Part shown: one piece after another, positions 28,983-44,900 of the stretch | How the letters are laid out: each line of letters starts with the position of its first letter | Position numbering within the stretch: the stretch's first letter is position 1 | Assembly (NCBI RefSeq): GCF_037042905.1 | Contig: NC_087263.1 | Location: 10,170,001-10,234,000, forward strand | DNA: 64,000 nt | Reading direction: 5' to 3' | DNA from: Lytechinus pictus | Taxonomy: Eukaryota | The notes under the pieces: generated by a model | What the model was told of the DNA's origin: nothing | Seen by the model: the letters and a program-made list of their open reading frames with translations, nothing else | The model's database searches: none | Made by a program: the position numbers and the translations under genes

Positions 28983-30218
28983 CCCACTGGGCAATTTGTT
29001 ACCGATTACCAATTTTACCGGTTATTACCGGTAATATCACCCGGAAATTTGAGTAACACCAAATATTACCGTTATTACCATGTTATTACCGAAATTATAA
29101 TTCCTGTTGATACCTGTTACTGTTATCACCCTGATGAAACCTACATTTACCTAGTTACAACAGGGTGATGAGGGGTAATAAGGGTAATGTTGAATGACTT
29201 TGATTGGTTATAACATTGCAAACTTTAGTAATAAGAGCAATCTTACAGCAATCCCAGCGAAATTTTCAAAGTCCAAAAAATTACTGTTATCACCCTGATG
29301 AAACCAACATTTTACCCAGTTACAAACAGGTTGATAAGGGGTAATGGGTAATGTTGAAACGCTTCCATTCCCAGACAGCAAAGTATCTGGATCACATACG
29401 GTTCTTATCTGGGATATCTGGGTCCCATATGGGCCCACATGGAACCCAGATGAAAACATATCTTGAACCCACATGGTGCCCAGATAGGACTCAGATGGAC
29501 GACACCTCCAACCCATGCGGAACCCATTAATATTGGGTAAATGGAGTAATATCAGATGGTAATATCAGGAAAATGCTGGGAATATTAGTTACTCATGAAT
29601 ATTCATTACTACAATAAATGGCCAAAATTTTAGCTAATATAGCTGTAATAATTAATGTGTTTATGTTTATGCAATTATTCCACCCATAAAATTTTCAGAA
29701 AAATGTGTAGTTTATATATCATATTAGTCATAATCATGACATTAATTTTAGAAAAATGTTTTAGGGTTGAATAATTGTTAACCATAATTTGTCAAGTGTT
29801 GTAAACTCGCTCAATATATAGAAGTAAATGACAGGGTTTGGTGGATAGGTGTAGGATAGGATTAGGATTAGGATGTAGGATTTTAGGATAGGATAAGATG
29901 ATATGGCTTAGAGTATGGAGTTGTAAAAATGTGCTTCAATGACCCTAATGACACTAATTGTTTTTTTAATGAGCCGACATTAATTGGTTAATATTGGGTA
30001 AACAGAGTAATATGAGGTGGTGATATCATTAAAATGCTGGAAATAGTAGTTACATCATACTGAGAAATATTGGGTAAATGGAGTAATATCAGGTCCAGGT
30101 AATAAGAGGGAAGGATTGGTCTACTATTTCCCTGTTATTACCCACTGTTGTTACCGTAGTAATATCCATGTTATTACCTGTTACAACCCGGGTAATGTCA
30201 GGTAAAATGCCCAGTGGG
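28983..30218. mobile_element. TIR element CCCACTGGGCA with TA flanks and many ttacc/ggtaa subterminal repeats
   Basis: TA-CCCACTGGGCA ... TGCCCAGTGGG-TA; the short repeats switch orientation across the element. Confidence 0.7.
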
Positions 30219-30369
30219 TAGAGTCTCATTTCCATTGATGCTCAATTTTATACCGTTTTTTTTTTTACGAGGTAAGAATGTTTATCTGTAAAAATGTACC
30301 CGATTTATATTACTTTGACGGTATGATGTTTGAATGGAAATGAAATAAAGAATTGAATTGAAATTAAAA

Positions 30370-33300
30370 ATTGATGTTCGACATGTATTGGGGGCTCCGA
30401 ATTGATGTTTTACTTAGGGGAGCTGAATTCCAAGATTGGTATTTTTTCTGTTTCTGTGTGTTTTTTTTTTTTTTTTTTTAATACCTCGTTGTTACTATGT
30501 TGTTTTATTTTCTGTTTATGTTTCTTTGTTTTTTTATGATGATCCTTCAATGTCAGGATTTTATATCAATAAATTTTTTTGTTTGACATGGGGGGGGGGG
30601 GCGAATTGATGTTCGACCTAGGGGCGCCCAATTTGATGTTAATTTGTCCTGGGGCGCCAAATTCATGTTCAATCTAGGGATGGGATGCTAAATTCATATT
30701 CGAGCTTTGGGGCGCCTAATTGATGTTTGACCGGTGGCGCCAATTGAATTCATGTTTCACATGAGTTTGGCACTCGTATCAAAAGCATAGTTAGATGCCC
30801 ATCATGTTCAGGATTACCAAAATTGCGTAGAATATCAAAATTTTAGGTAAGAATATCAATATTTTCAGCCCTCTCTTCACCCTCGCATCCATTGCTTAGA
30901 GATACCCATCCTATTCATGGTTATAACAATGAGCTTATAGAATGTCCAGTTTTGGGTCGGAATATCAAAAATTTCAAGCTCCGTTTCGCGCTCGCATAAA
31001 ATTATTTTGTAGGTACTAATTCTGTTCTTGATCGGCAAGAGTGATCAAAATAATGAAGAATGTCACAATTATTCAGCTCGCGCTTTGCGCTCGCATCAAT
31101 ATTTTTTAGATAGATACTCATCCTATTCATGGTTACAAAATGTGCTTAGATTCCTAGCTTAGAATGCCCAGTTTGGGGTCGGAATATAAACAAAATTAAG
31201 CTCACGCCTCGCGCGCTTTTCAGCTTTTAAGATTAAATGATTTGTTAGATACCCATCCTGTTCATGATAGGGCAATGTCCCAATCTTAGGCCAGAATTAA
31301 TATATAAAAAAATCAGCTCGCGCTTCACTCTCGCCGTGATCAACTATTTTATAAAGACACCCACCCTCGCTGTTCATGGTTACAAAAAGTGCTTAGTGTT
31401 CAGTTTTTGTTCGGAAATTCAAAATTTTTCAGCTCGCGCTTTGCGCTTGCATAAATTAAATGCAGAGATAGATACCCATCCAGTTCTTGATTACCAAAAG
31501 TGCAGTACAGATCCGGGTTGCAGACTTTCCACATTTGAGGTCGGAAAAAAAGAATATCTCAAATTTTCAGCTCGCATCGATTTGTTTAGATCATTATATA
31601 CACAGCTTCAAAACAGGGAACAGTGGTTTTCATGAACGTAATATTGCAGAAATCCGGGTATATCTTTATAACTATTGATAATCTCACACCAGATTGATAA
31701 TAGTGTGAAAATTTTATCCAATTCCATTAATTTGATGTAAATATTATTACAATTAATAATTATTAATTATTATAATGATTGAAATATTTCAATCATTATG
31801 AGCCTATATATCCAGTTTCAGATCAGAATATCAAAATTTTTCTGCTCACCCTTTGCGCTCACATTATTAATATAGGAGATACCAAGTTATACCCAATTTT
31901 TTTTATGATTTACAAAACATGAAGAGAGTGTCCCGTTTTTTTCTGCTCGCGCTTCGCGCTCGCATCATTTGTTTGGTTATATACGTATACTGTTCATGAT
32001 TACAAAAAGTGCACAGAACGATAATTTCTTAGGCCGGAACGTCAAAAAAAAAAAAATTCAGCTCGCGCTTGCATTATTTAATCATGAAATGTACCGTCTC
32101 TGAATAAACATGCGTGCGCGTATTTCAGATTTCGACCTAGAATCTGGGCATTCTAAATACTCTTTTTTCATCATGAAAATCAATAAAGCGAGCACGAAGC
32201 TCGAGCTTAAAATATTTGATAGGGCCTATTCCAATTTTAAAAAAGGGTCAATTTAAGCTCTGTATTTTAAGCACTTTGTAGGAAAATTATTAGGTGGATA
32301 TGAATCACAGTTAAAAAAAGAACTGATATATTTCATTATTATACTGTGAGTTTTGACATAGGACAGGGACATTCTAAGAACATTATGTCATCATCATGAT
32401 GACTATCTTCTTTTTCTCTTCCTAAGCGGGAGATGAAACTTTTCGATATTCCATTCTGAAAAAAGAGCAATTTTCTTTATTGACTTAAGATCTTATTTAT
32501 TAATTTAATAAGCCTAATGAGAGCGCGAAATCTGTTAATTTATTATGGACTGAAAACTTGACATTTAAAGCACTTTTGTAATTATAAAATAAGATGCATG
32601 AGTTAATATACAGCGCGTCCCAAAAAAATGTCCCTCTGACATACGGCTGAATTAATTCCAAAATATAGTATCATATTCAATTAAATGAACAGAACTAGAA
32701 AGCTCATTTCATAACCTAACTTCTATAAAAATTTAATCGGTCTCGCTTCAGCGGTTTTGAATACACATTCTGTTATGTAACAGTGGTAAATTTCAGCCCA
32801 TTCCAAGTTTGCAGCAATGCAGTATTTATGCACTGCCTCTAGCATGTTAACCCCCATTTAACATCCAGGATCTGAGCAAGGACAATTCCCTGATCTGACC
32901 AGGCTGATCAAATCACAAACATGAGCATGTTCAGAAGGGAATGAAATATCCATTATGAAGATTTCTTTATGATTGATATGGGGAATAGATGTATCAACCT
33001 GAAAAAAAGTGGATGAGTACAATGAGCTTAACAATGATGGACAAATCACAAGTGTAACTTTGCAAATTCGAACATTACCAGTGGAAATTGACTTTTTTAA
33101 TCAAATAGGTAAATTAACTTGACCTCAGTAACTTAATAACAAATTATTAATGCAACAAGAATGCATTACATGTAGTTGAAATGAGTGATACATTGAACAA
33201 GGCCTGAAACAGGCATAACCTATTTTCTCCACCAGTGTTGCATTTAACATTATCAAACTTGCAATGGACTGTCCAGCATTGGTGTAACATTTCTTGACCT

Positions 33301-34365
33301 ACTAAACATGCTCAGGTTGCGATTTGATGAGCTAGGTTTGATCATGGGTTCATGGGGACTTCCCTGGTCAGATTAGGGAATTCCCTTGTCAGATTTTTGG
33401 AGGATCAAAGGGAGTTGATATGCTAGACAGTGCAGAACATACAGCATTGCTGCATGCAAACTTGGAATGGGCTTAAAAGCACGACTGTTACATAGTAGAT
33501 TGTATATTCAAAACCGCTGAAGCGAAACCAATGAAATTTTTACAGAAGTTAGAATATGAAATGAACTTTCTAGTTCTGCACATTTAATTCAGAATAATAC
33601 GTAATTTTAGAATTAATTCAGCCGTTTGTCAGAGGGACATTTTTTGGGGGACGCGCTGTATATCCAACAATCAATGTGATCGCAAATCGCGAGCCGAAAT
33701 TTTTGATAAACTGTCATGAAATGGGGATTTTTAGTAGTTTGTTATAAAATTAAGATTGAGATATACATATCAAATCACTGACCAATCAAAATGCGAGCGT
33801 GCAGCGCTAGCTATTACGTTCTGACAATTTGACCTGAATAGGGATATTCAACTTTATGGAATACAGGAAAATAATAGGTACCTGACAAATCAAATTTTGC
33901 GAGCGCGCATGCAGCGCGAGCAGAAAATGTTAATACTCAGAATATATATAAATTCCTACAAAGCACTCTTTAAAAATCAATCTGTAAATGAAACAAAATA
34001 ATGAAAGTTCGAATATCCGAGCTGAAATATGTTTTGTATACGGACTACAAAATTTGATATTTATTAAGCTCCATATTGAGCAAGATATGATAAATCACCT
34101 AAAAGGCAATGCGAGCGCGAAGCGCGAGAGAAAGTTTTATACTCTACAGTGGCATGAAAGATTTTAAACATTATTTTCCAAGTCTTTCCGCTCATCTTAT
34201 TTTATTCACTCGCCTTCCTCCTTTTATGTTTCCCCTTCTCTTTTTCTCCTCTCTTTCCCTTCTTTTTCTTTCTTTCCTTCCCCTTTTTTTCTTTTTTTTG
34301 CTCCGCCAATAGGGGGGGGGGGGGGGGGAGGGTGGGCCCCTCGGCCCCCCTGGATCCGCCTATGC
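30370..34365. repeat. Composite interspersed repeat with gctcgcgcttcgcgctcgca motifs and ~30-bp ggggcgccnaattgatgtt units
   Basis: The motif recurs forward at 30870-32075 and inverted at 32187-34130. Boundaries are approximate. Confidence 0.55.
32611..33658. mobile_element. Tc1/mariner-like MITE with long TIRs
   Basis: TA TSD; CAGCGCGTCCC...GGGACGCGCTG ends; inverted arms over 200 bp. Confidence 0.8.
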
Positions 34366-35979
34366 CTACTCTGATGAGAAAATGAAACCCCAAAGTGTAT
34401 ATCCTTTTATGCTTTCTGGTCGCATTTATTCTTTAAAGTGGTATATGACAATATTCATGGATATTTTTTTTCATATACAGCTAGGTTAAAAAAAAGTGGT
34501 ATTCGATTGCCCTTTTTCACGTGAATATGAAAAAAGACAATTCAATATGTATTTAAGGCAGCTATGTTTGCCTAGCAGGAGGGGGGGGGGGGCCAATTCC
34601 GCAAGTTTAGGGCGCCAAAATCCCGGGCGGGATGCAAAATCCTGGATATATATACGGTTATTAAAAATTATTATTATCTTTTTGATGATATTGTTGCTTC
34701 CGCATCCTTTCTTTTCCATTTCTTCCTTTCCTCCTATCCCCTTGTTTTCAACAGGACTTGAAAAATTAAGGGAGGAAAGGGGGGGGGGGCTTCCCAGTTT
34801 TAAAAGCAGCCAGCAGAACACGGTATAACCTTTATAACTAAAATAAAATACATAAATAAATAAAAAAAACTTCCGCTGTTTTCACGACCTTTCTTTAATG
34901 GTCGCTACAAGCTAGCTGATTGAAGATGGACACGTACATTAATACAAAGGGGTGTTGAATTTGTTTTTAAATAAGCGACTTCGCATTACCCATTTTTTAT
35001 ATTAAAAAGAAATATATGAGACGCAGTAAAATAATAAAAAATGTAAAAAAAAATTACCAATTGTTTATTAGTAATCATACTAATTTCTACCGTCTTCACA
35101 TATTTTTAAGTATTTTGCTTCCCCCCTATTTGCAGATCATTCGAACGTGCTTGATTGAGCAATACTCGCAATACTAAATGCTGTAAACCTGTAAACCGGT
35201 AGTCATGGAGGGCTGTACACAATTCTGTGGACCGATTTCTTCTTTCAAAGCCTTTCACGCTGAACATCATTGTATCAATATGCAGAACAATGGAGTAATC
35301 GATAAATAGGAGAATGTTCCTCTTTATAATCTTTTTATGACTGAATAGGGCTATTCAGCTCAGACTCGGCATCGTCTAGTTTGTGTTCATGTCGAATCAG
35401 ATTCGGCTCATTGACATCGTTGTTAACCGGGTGGAGCAGTGCCATTTTTAAGCCAAGTCTCTCCGCCGCCCCCTCCGGCGTTCGCCAGTGCAGGAGGTCG
35501 ATATGGATGACCAGGATGAGCAGAGAAATTGAAAGAAGTTCTGTTTTTATCATCTTGGACTAGGCCTACTTCTACATGTTCTATGGCATGACTGCTAGTG
35601 CGCATTGCTAGTGGATGTTACTCTGGCTGAAGCCTTTGCTAACGAAGGACATTTTCTTAATTTTGAAATTAGGCCCTAGTCCTAGAGTAAAATAATTTTA
35701 TTTAGGGCCTAAATCACTTGAGAAAGTTGAGTCTCGCGTCAAGACAAATGTCATTAAATTCTGCCCTGGCTTGAGTTTTGACTTGAGTCTTTTTTTGAGA
35801 CAGTATCTAGTAGGCATAGATACAGGATCTTTGAGATTGCCACGTTCATACTCGAACGGAAACAGTTGGATGTGATTGTGAACAAGCAACAGCACGCAAC
35901 ATGAGCAACAACAGCAAGACCATGGCATGAAGACTAGATTCTGAACTAAAAAGAGACAACAACAACAATATTTTCCAAG

Positions 35980-38900
35980 ATGGAAAGTCGTATTTATTTG
36001 GTAATTGTATGGAGGAAGTTTCCATGTCACTTACATCAGAAGACTGAAAACTGAGCCAAGGCCAAGCTGAGTCAAGAGTTAAGTGCCGTGGAACTGGTTG
36101 AAAATTAATTCGACCGCAGTCATCAATTCAGTAAAGACTAAAAGTGCAATAATATTCATCCAGATTTTAACTTCAGGATGGCTAAACAAACAGTCTTTAG
36201 TAATTTGGCTCAGGGATGTGGATCGTGGGACGGTGATTTGCAGAAAGAACTTGGAAAAAAGGTGAGCAAGAAAAAAAAATCATATTTTCCAGGAGCAGGG
36301 GGAATCATCCAGATCAAGGCAAATGACCTTGGTTTGATTTATGCCCTGTCTCAACTCAAAATATTTTTTGTTTAAAACATTGGCACTGATATTTCACTTT
36401 AAATAAAGCCAGGGGCTCAGGGCACTTTTGAAATACTCAAACTTAGTCAGGGGTGTGAGAGTTAAGATTTTTATCTGATTTCAGATGTTTTTTCGTTTTG
36501 ATTTTCAGCTAAATTTCAGATTATTTTTGGCTTTCCTCTGTACAAAAAGTGTGGGAGCTCTTTCTATTTCAGACTTTTTCTACAAGTTTCAGCTTTTTTC
36601 AGATCTTTTTATTTGTAACCACTCACACCCCTGCTTAGTATCCCTGGGGGAAAAAAACAGCCCCAGACAACCTCCATTCAATGGAATGTTGCAGATTTAG
36701 GCAATACATGTTGACTTTGTTGTGAAAAGTAGCACTCAAAATCTTTCAAAATAATACTTTTCCTGAAATATAAATACAATATGGATTGGTCTTTTCAAAC
36801 TGAATCATGTACATGTATTAGACCTAATGCCTTTGAATTTCTAAGTTCTGACCATGAAATTTAAAATATAAAAACAAGAATCATAATCAAACAGTCATGA
36901 ATGAAAATAATTGATTAAATTTTATTCAAATGTAGCTCTTTGAATCATATTGTGAAACTAAAAGATATTGAAAACATTTCTTCTTCATTTTTCCCCACAG
37001 TCGAAGCTCCTTCCACACCGATCTTTGGACGGCGAATCCTATGACCACCTTGAGAAAAGGGTCCACATTCCAATCCGCATCAAATCGCAACTCTCTCAGA
37101 TCAAAAGCATCCTTCGAGAAGCATCAAAGAGGTACCCGCAACACTCAAAGGCTGCAGAGCAAGGCTTGGCCGATGTCATCAAGCAGAAGACGGAAGGCAC
37201 CGAGTACTCTCGTCCGCTTGGCTCGGTGAAGAACCGCCCTCGGACGGGCGTGATCCGCCCCCACAAGCAGCAGCACCGGCCCAGCCTGGGCATCGGACGC
37301 CCGCATCGCCTTCACCAGCGAGCAAAGAGTGCTCCCCTCTCTCGCCCGACCTCCCAGAGTCAGACCTCGCCAAAGAGGATAGACACAGCCTTGCCAAAAA
37401 CGCTGACGACAAGGAAGGGCGCCCTCATGATATTCTCATCGCCCAAGAATGTGGCGTACTCTGTGCCGGAGCAGAGGTGTTATTACGTTGACCCAGAGGC
37501 CGTGAACCTGGATGACTGGGCCTCTGACCTGCAGTCTTTCAAAAGATTAACCCATAGCGTGATGCAATATGGATCAGAGGTAAATACTCATGCCTGGGCC
37601 CCATTCCATAAAGCTTAGCGATTGATCATGGGGCTAACTACTAAGATTTATTGCATTGATTACTGTGAACAATCAATCTTAAAACGGAACCCCATGATAA
37701 ATCGCTAAGCTTATGTTACCGTGCCCAGAATCGCAAAGGTGAAATGACTTTACCCTTTGGTTAAAACATGCATCATTATTATTTTAACCCATGAATAATT
37801 TAACACCTTGAGTCATACCACTATTTCTGAATTTTAATCTTCTTTCTACCACAATCATTTAATAAGTCGCATGTTGTATATCTTGTCATTTTTGTGGATT
37901 TTGAATTTAGTTTTTGATCATTGCTAGCCTACAGCTGTGTTTAATGACCTTGCTAACCTTTTTCTTGGGCTAATTAGAAGTAATGCCTGGGTATGTATTG
38001 GGTATGCCTGCTTGAATGCACCTGCATTTGAATGATAAGCAACAATAATGAAGCATTTCATTGATTTAGAAGTAGGCCTAAATCCGTCATGGCCTAAATC
38101 CATCATGCCAGAACATCAGAATCTGAATGTGAAAAAACGTCATCAGATTCCGGAATATACAAAGTTTTGACATGACTCTGTATTATTTCGAACTAGAACT
38201 AATAATTTACATGTCAGTAGTCAGCACTGTCTTTACTTCCTTTATATTTCTCGGATTCGCTTGGATGTTCAGACGTAAAGCACTGAGTTATATGCCCCTT
38301 GTTGATTTTCCTTATCTTTTTTTTGGTAAGGTCTGTACTTCAGTGGATGGTTGTGCCAAAATTTTTCAAGTCTTGATTCGAACTGATTCAGACTAATTGT
38401 ACTTAAACTGTTTCAATTGACTCAGGCAGAAAATTGCAGTAATTAAAGCTCCCCAATGAAAAATAATGTTGGTGAACCACAGCTTTCATTCCCTCTTCCT
38501 CACTAAACATTGTTGATCAGACACCTATTTTTATTTTTGTGTTCAGATTGGTGATGACTTTGAGTCTCTGGCTTCTGACTATGATACATCTTGCTTCAGA
38601 TTTCTACGCAAAGAAGAAGATGACGCTGGTGTGGATTACAGAATACAGCCCGGGGGTGATTTTGTCTTCTACCTCAAAGATTTAAAGACCAAAGCAGCGT
38701 ATGTTATTCATAGTATTATATTATCATTTATTCTTATTATTATTAACATTGTTATTAGTATTGTTGTTATTATTATTATTATCATTATTATTATTATAAT
38801 TATTATCATCATTACTAATAACATTATTGTTGTTATTATTGTTATTACTATTATTACTATATTTGACATTTTCACAAATAGCAATTTACATGAGAACACA

Positions 38901-41900
38901 CAAATTGGAAGGAATAGACAGCCTTTATTATGCTTAATTTACTATCATTTAATATTTGAATCAGCCCAATTTAGTTGTAATAATTATATTATATTGATAT
39001 GTCCCACTCAATTAAATAATGCATAATAATTTAATTCACCTTGTTTGTGATATGAGTTTTTATTTATTTGATTTGACCTAAATATTAATCACTTCCTTAT
39101 ACCTATGTACCTTTTGTAATGTTCATTTCATCTCTTGACTGCTAGTCGTTTCCATTCTAGGTCAAATCTTTCTTGAACTAGTAATAATAAACCTTGCAAT
39201 TCAGAACTTACTACATGTATGTAAAATTAGTTCTGAGACATTTGACATCGGCAAGCATGGATAACTTTGTAATTTAAATTGTATACGTTTCCATTATTTT
39301 TGCTAGTGTAAGGAGTGTTGTATCATCGCTCTCTTACGGCTCCACACCAATACTCAATGAAGAAGATGAACCCGATGACGCACTTCAAAGACTAGATGAA
39401 GATGAAGCTGATGATGTAGCGCAGGAGGAAGATAGCCCCGCCCCTAAATTGGAATCGCGTCGCCCATCAGGGATGGAACACAGGAATGAAGCGTGGGCGA
39501 GTCGAGCAGACACGCCCATGAACTCAAGCGGTGCCGCTGAGGGAAGCATAAGTGGAGATATGCGTCCTGTACCAAGAAGTCCTACTGCGCAATCGGTGGA
39601 ATCAAATTTGATGACCAGACCGGACACTGCGAGGTTAGTGCATGTTTTATTGTAGATACTGTAGTTGGCATGGTGGTTCAGTTGTATAGTGCAAACCTAA
39701 TGAACTGGAGGTTGTAGTTCTGATCCCTAGCTGAGTCATACAAAAGACTGTAATAAAGGGACCCTCTGCCTATTTGTCAGTCACTCAACGTATGAAATAG
39801 AGGAGGATTACAATATGATAAAATTTTGTTGTTAGTGCATCGAGGGAACAGTTCTGTACCTGGCTAAAGTAGTATTATTAGGTTACACTGCTATAAACAT
39901 GCACTGTCAAAATAAAGGAATATTAACCTAGGCTATAACTTTGATGTTTCATTCTTTACTTATGTGAAGTGCACTTGGGTCCCTTGTCATTTGTTTCTAC
40001 AGGTCAACTAGGTCAGTTACAAGCCTTAGATCAGGAACCCCACTGTCTCTCAAGGATCTGACAGCATCCTTGAAATCCGGTGGCTACCTCGGTCGTCCAG
40101 TGAGTGCCCCGTTCCCGCCCTACTCCCCGCATCCCCGGACCGCATCACTACCGCCAGAAGAAGAAGAGGAGGAGGAGGAGATGGAGGGGGAGGTGGAGGA
40201 AGGGGCTAGGTCCTTGAGCTCTCATTCCCGGCAGTCCTCCAGGCCACGCTCTAGCCGTCCAAGTTCCAGGAGAACGCAGGGAAGCGTGGCACTTGCAGAT
40301 GAAGCCATTGATTCAGCTAGTGTTATGAGCGACGGGAGGAGTTCAAGGGGGGCTGCTAGGAGCAGGATGTCGTCAGCAGGGGTGCGCTCCCAGCATGGGA
40401 TGGGGGACGATGGTGGTGTGGAGGAAGGGGAAGATGATGATTGGATGTCTGAAGATCTACCAGAGTTTGGGGTCGAGGACCTAGAACCCGAGGCTGGCTT
40501 GCAACCGTTGGTAAGCTAAACTGTAGAACTACGAGACTGATAATCTGTTTTAGAATAATTAGCCAGTGTTCTGGTTAACCTTAGAAGGCCCAGGAAGTGG
40601 GGGGGGGGGGGATGAAAGGAACAATTCCTTCGAATGTGTTGTATGATATTTCTGCAGTGCTCAAGACAGCCAATCCAGATTCCAGGACTTTTAAGATAAC
40701 ATGTTTTCTCATTTCGTCTTGGCAAGCAGCTCCTACGTTTATTTTGTACATCAGTCCATAAATAGTAGATAGTAAATAAATAGTAGTAAAAAAAATACAT
40801 TGCCACCCCTCTCTATTATGGTATAATTGGAATGTACTTTAATACTGTAGCATTATCAATTTGTAATTGATTGAAATTTGACCATGGATTTTGATATGCT
40901 GATTACAAAATTGTTGATGGTTTAATATGGGGTTGAGGCTTACAGATTGGGGCCAGATTCTAGTGAGTTGAAAATATGTACATAAGAGAGGGGCAACATA
41001 ATTACATTTATTTCCTCTACTTTACGTATTTTTATGACTAGAGTGATGATGGTGGTGGAGAAGTGGTTGAAGGGGTGCAAGGTGACGCCCCTGCTGGTCC
41101 TCGAAGCCAATCAAGGGCATCCTCGGTGCCTCCCAGGGTATACACCCCACAGACCAGGTCCTCTAGAAGATCTACCCCACCCCCTGAGGGTGACGAGTGG
41201 CCAGGATTGGGGGACATTGGTGGAGGAGACGGGGAGGTAGCCAGGAGTAGACCGTCCTCGGGGGCGGCACGGACGAGCTCGGCCAAGTCGAGACAGGTGA
41301 GTGTTTGCCTGCTCCATTCTCTTGCTGCTCTTCTCTTGTCTCCATTTCTCCCTTTGCATCCCCATGAGAACAAGCAGTATGCTGCTTAGACACTAGACAG
41401 GCCTTGTCTCTCTTTTACCCTGGCCCCTCCCTACTCTTCTCTCTCCTTCCTCCTCCCTCTCTCATCAACTCGATGATATTTAGTTAAGTTCATGTTTCTC
41501 TTCGTTGTCTCCTTCCCACATTTCTCATTTTATATATGATGAAGTCAACTGTCTGTATTTTTATAATGCTTGATAAAAATCCTGTATCCATCTATTTAGG
41601 CAAGTTTGTTTTTTAGAACTAGCATAATATTTTAATTTCTTAAGCATTGTGTCACTATGTAATATTGATTATTATATATATATTCTTGTACTTGTTTTGT
41701 AAAAGATTCTGCAATTCAGCCTTTGGCTGCGAATGAATTTTTGATAACCATTACCACTACCATACTTCCTTGTTCGCTTCTTATACTTGATCCCAACAAG
41801 TTTTTTTTCCAAGTCTACATAGACTTGTGTCTCTTTTCCCTGGCCCTCTTTCTCTATCCTTCCTCCCTTCTATGGAAAAGCTCCACTAAGGTTTCTTTTT

Positions 41901-44900
41901 CTTTTCCCAGCCCCCTCTGTACTCTTCTCTGTCCTCCACTCCTGACTGATAAGTCTGCACACTGTCAAGATTTCTGTTTCTCTCCCCTATATTTTCAATT
42001 TTTTCTGTTCCTTCTTTTTTTTAAAATTCAATTTATTTAACCAAAGCATTGAAAATACAAAAAAATGATACACATACATAAAATACAATATTTACATTGG
42101 TACAATATATAAGATGATGCTTGGCAGGAAGCAGCCAGAAAGGAAAAAAAACCTTTATAACGGCCGACCTTACAATATATCATGAAATGTTGTATAAGTA
42201 CCTAAGACAATATAATACAATAGAAATACAAAACAAAACAAATGGGGGGGGGGCAAGAGTTAAATGAAACAAATTAAAGAAAACTCTTCCCAGTGCTACC
42301 TTCTTTATGACTTTTTTTCAAATTTTTCTGTTCTTTCTGAAACTCTGTATGCAACATACTCTTCCAAGTCCTAGCTTCTTGTATTTTAATACTTTGTATG
42401 TACATAGTTGCTACTTTTCCTATTTTGCTACATGTACGTATTCTTGTTCTCCTTATAGTCAAGTCGTAGTAGACCTGGAACATCTGGTTCAGCAAGGACT
42501 GTTGGCCTAGGTGAGGATGACATTCAGGAGGAGGAGATGATTCCTTCAGAAGAATCCCAAGAACAACCTCCCCAACGGCAAGCTCAAGGACAAGGTATGG
42601 AACGGATCATGAAGTCAAAAGAATGATTGTAGCTCACATTTGATCACATGTGGCAACCCAGCTCAAAACCCGTAATGAGTCTCCCCAAAATTAATTGTGA
42701 GATTTTTGTACAGCTTGAAAAAGATGACCGCATGCTTTTATATATTATGTTAAATGTAGTCTAGGGCCCTGTCTTACAGAGAGTTACGATTGATCCTATT
42801 AACCTCAACTGTGGGAAGCCAGCAACATCAGCATCTGAAAGGCATACTTGTTCAAATTTTTTTTCCAGATATGATGTAATTATAGACATGACAATTCAGT
42901 GTGCTTCTCTTTGTCTACAAAGAACATTGTGCAAATTTCATCCATCAATTAAGGTATTGATGGATATCCATACAGTTGAGGTTGATCGGATCATTCACAA
43001 CTCTGTGAGGTGGGACCCTGATTTCACAATTAATTGGTTTGATCTCTATATGCAACCAGTCATAGAAATCAATTGTACGTTTGCTCACTTTTGTGTTACC
43101 AGACCCAAATTCCTGTACAGCCCTACTGGTAGCATTAATTTTTCTTTTGTCCAATTGATAGAGACAAGAAGGTGTTCTACCAAGTTTCATTCTTTGGAAA
43201 CTATTTTTCTTTTTCTTTTCTTTTTAAGGTGACGGAGACACTTTACAACTGTTTGGTGAAGGAGTCGGTATAGCACAAGAATCAGGTGAGATCTTCAAAT
43301 ACTAGTATTTGCAGGTCCTGAGAATAATGGCCTTCAATGTATGGCAGTCTCGTGATAGGATCTGCCACTGTAGTATTAGACTTTGTCTATTCAACTTGAA
43401 CATGTCCTGAGGAGGAATGATAAATTATTTTGTAATGATGCAGTAATGAATGGATATGCAATTGAAGGTTGAAGATAAGAAAACTCAGAGAATTATGAAA
43501 TATTTTATTTCTACATTATGCTGTTCATCACCTCTGATGTAATGTTCTGGCAAATCTTTTTCTTATTCTTCTTTGGGTATACTGCCCAATGCCCCCACAG
43601 TGGGAGCCAACTGGGCAGGAAGTGCTCTGGTAGTAGATAAAAGATTAATCAGTATGTAACATAGCCACAATAATGTTAACAACATTGTATTAAATTTGTG
43701 CTTGACTGTTCTTTTCCTTACAGAAGAAATAGTCAAGTCCCCTTCCGTCCCGTCATGCCCTTCCACCAGCCATAGTAAAACTGCACCTCAGCCGCTCATC
43801 GAAGACCCACCCAAGCCCCCTACCCCACAACCTGTGATCATCACCCCAAAAGTTCCCCCACCAGTTGTGCCTCAGATCCCCACCCCGCCGTCGACCAGAG
43901 TGAAGTCTGCTGTAGGGAAGGTCAAGGTCGAAGCAAATGCTGAGGAGAAGAAGACGGCCAAGGTTGATCTGAGTGGTTTGCAGAGCATGGTGTCCAAGAA
44001 ACCAACAGGGTCTTCAATTCCTAAGGTACATGTAAGTAGCGGGATATTGTCATCAGAGTACCAAAGTAGATAAAAATGTTGTAAAGAAAAAGAAATGATT
44101 ATGGTGATGATTTAATGAAAGTAATGATATCATCGGGTCGATGCAAGGACAGTCTTAACACCACACTTTCGCGCATTGCGTGCATGCAAAAAATGCCCTT
44201 AGCAGCGTGCATAAGTGCATTGCGTGAGGGCATTTCTGCACCGATGCATTAGTTTCACATCAATGTACATAGGCAATGCAAGCTTATGTAATAAATACCC
44301 TTTTTTCATACCTGATTAGACGCCAAGTGACACTCAAGCAAAAAGAAAGCTCAAATTATTAAAACACTGATTATTTAAGTGATTTTTAATAAAAGTTTGA
44401 ATATTATAGTGAAAAATTATAATTTATGATTACAAATACTTATTTTTATTTACAATTAATAACATATTTCTTACTATGATTCAAACCACACCTGAATTCT
44501 TTGTGTGAATGTGCCTCTTCATTTCCTGTAGCCTGAGAAGAGAAGTCCAAGCCCCAAGGCCAAGAAAGGAAGACGAGGGAAGAAGGGCGGTGGTTCAAGC
44601 CCCAGTAGGAAGTTTGCCGGTGTAGAATTTATGGATAACCCTCGAGGGAGCGCGTATGACGGACCATCAGAAGATGAGATTGCTAAGATGATACAGGAAG
44701 AGGTAAGACATTCGGTATTGTACAACGCCTACTTAGCTTGTTGTACGAGAGCAAATGGGAGACTGAATGTCAAACATTTGTACTGTTGCACACACGACGT
44801 ACCATCCAAAATGTACCGTTGCACGGTAGGTGACGTCACAATACAATTCTATTCATTGCGCTCAGTAAAAATATGCGCACATGACCTCGGGCAGCATTGC

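Noticed and set aside
35335..35605. Short GC-richer ORFs upstream of the KIAA2012-like gene
   Set aside because: No recognisable homology and no in-phase splice link; more likely promoter or 5' UTR.
38631..39026. Ile-rich 'membrane protein' ORF
   Set aside because: Read-through of exon 3 into an intronic (ATT)n tract.
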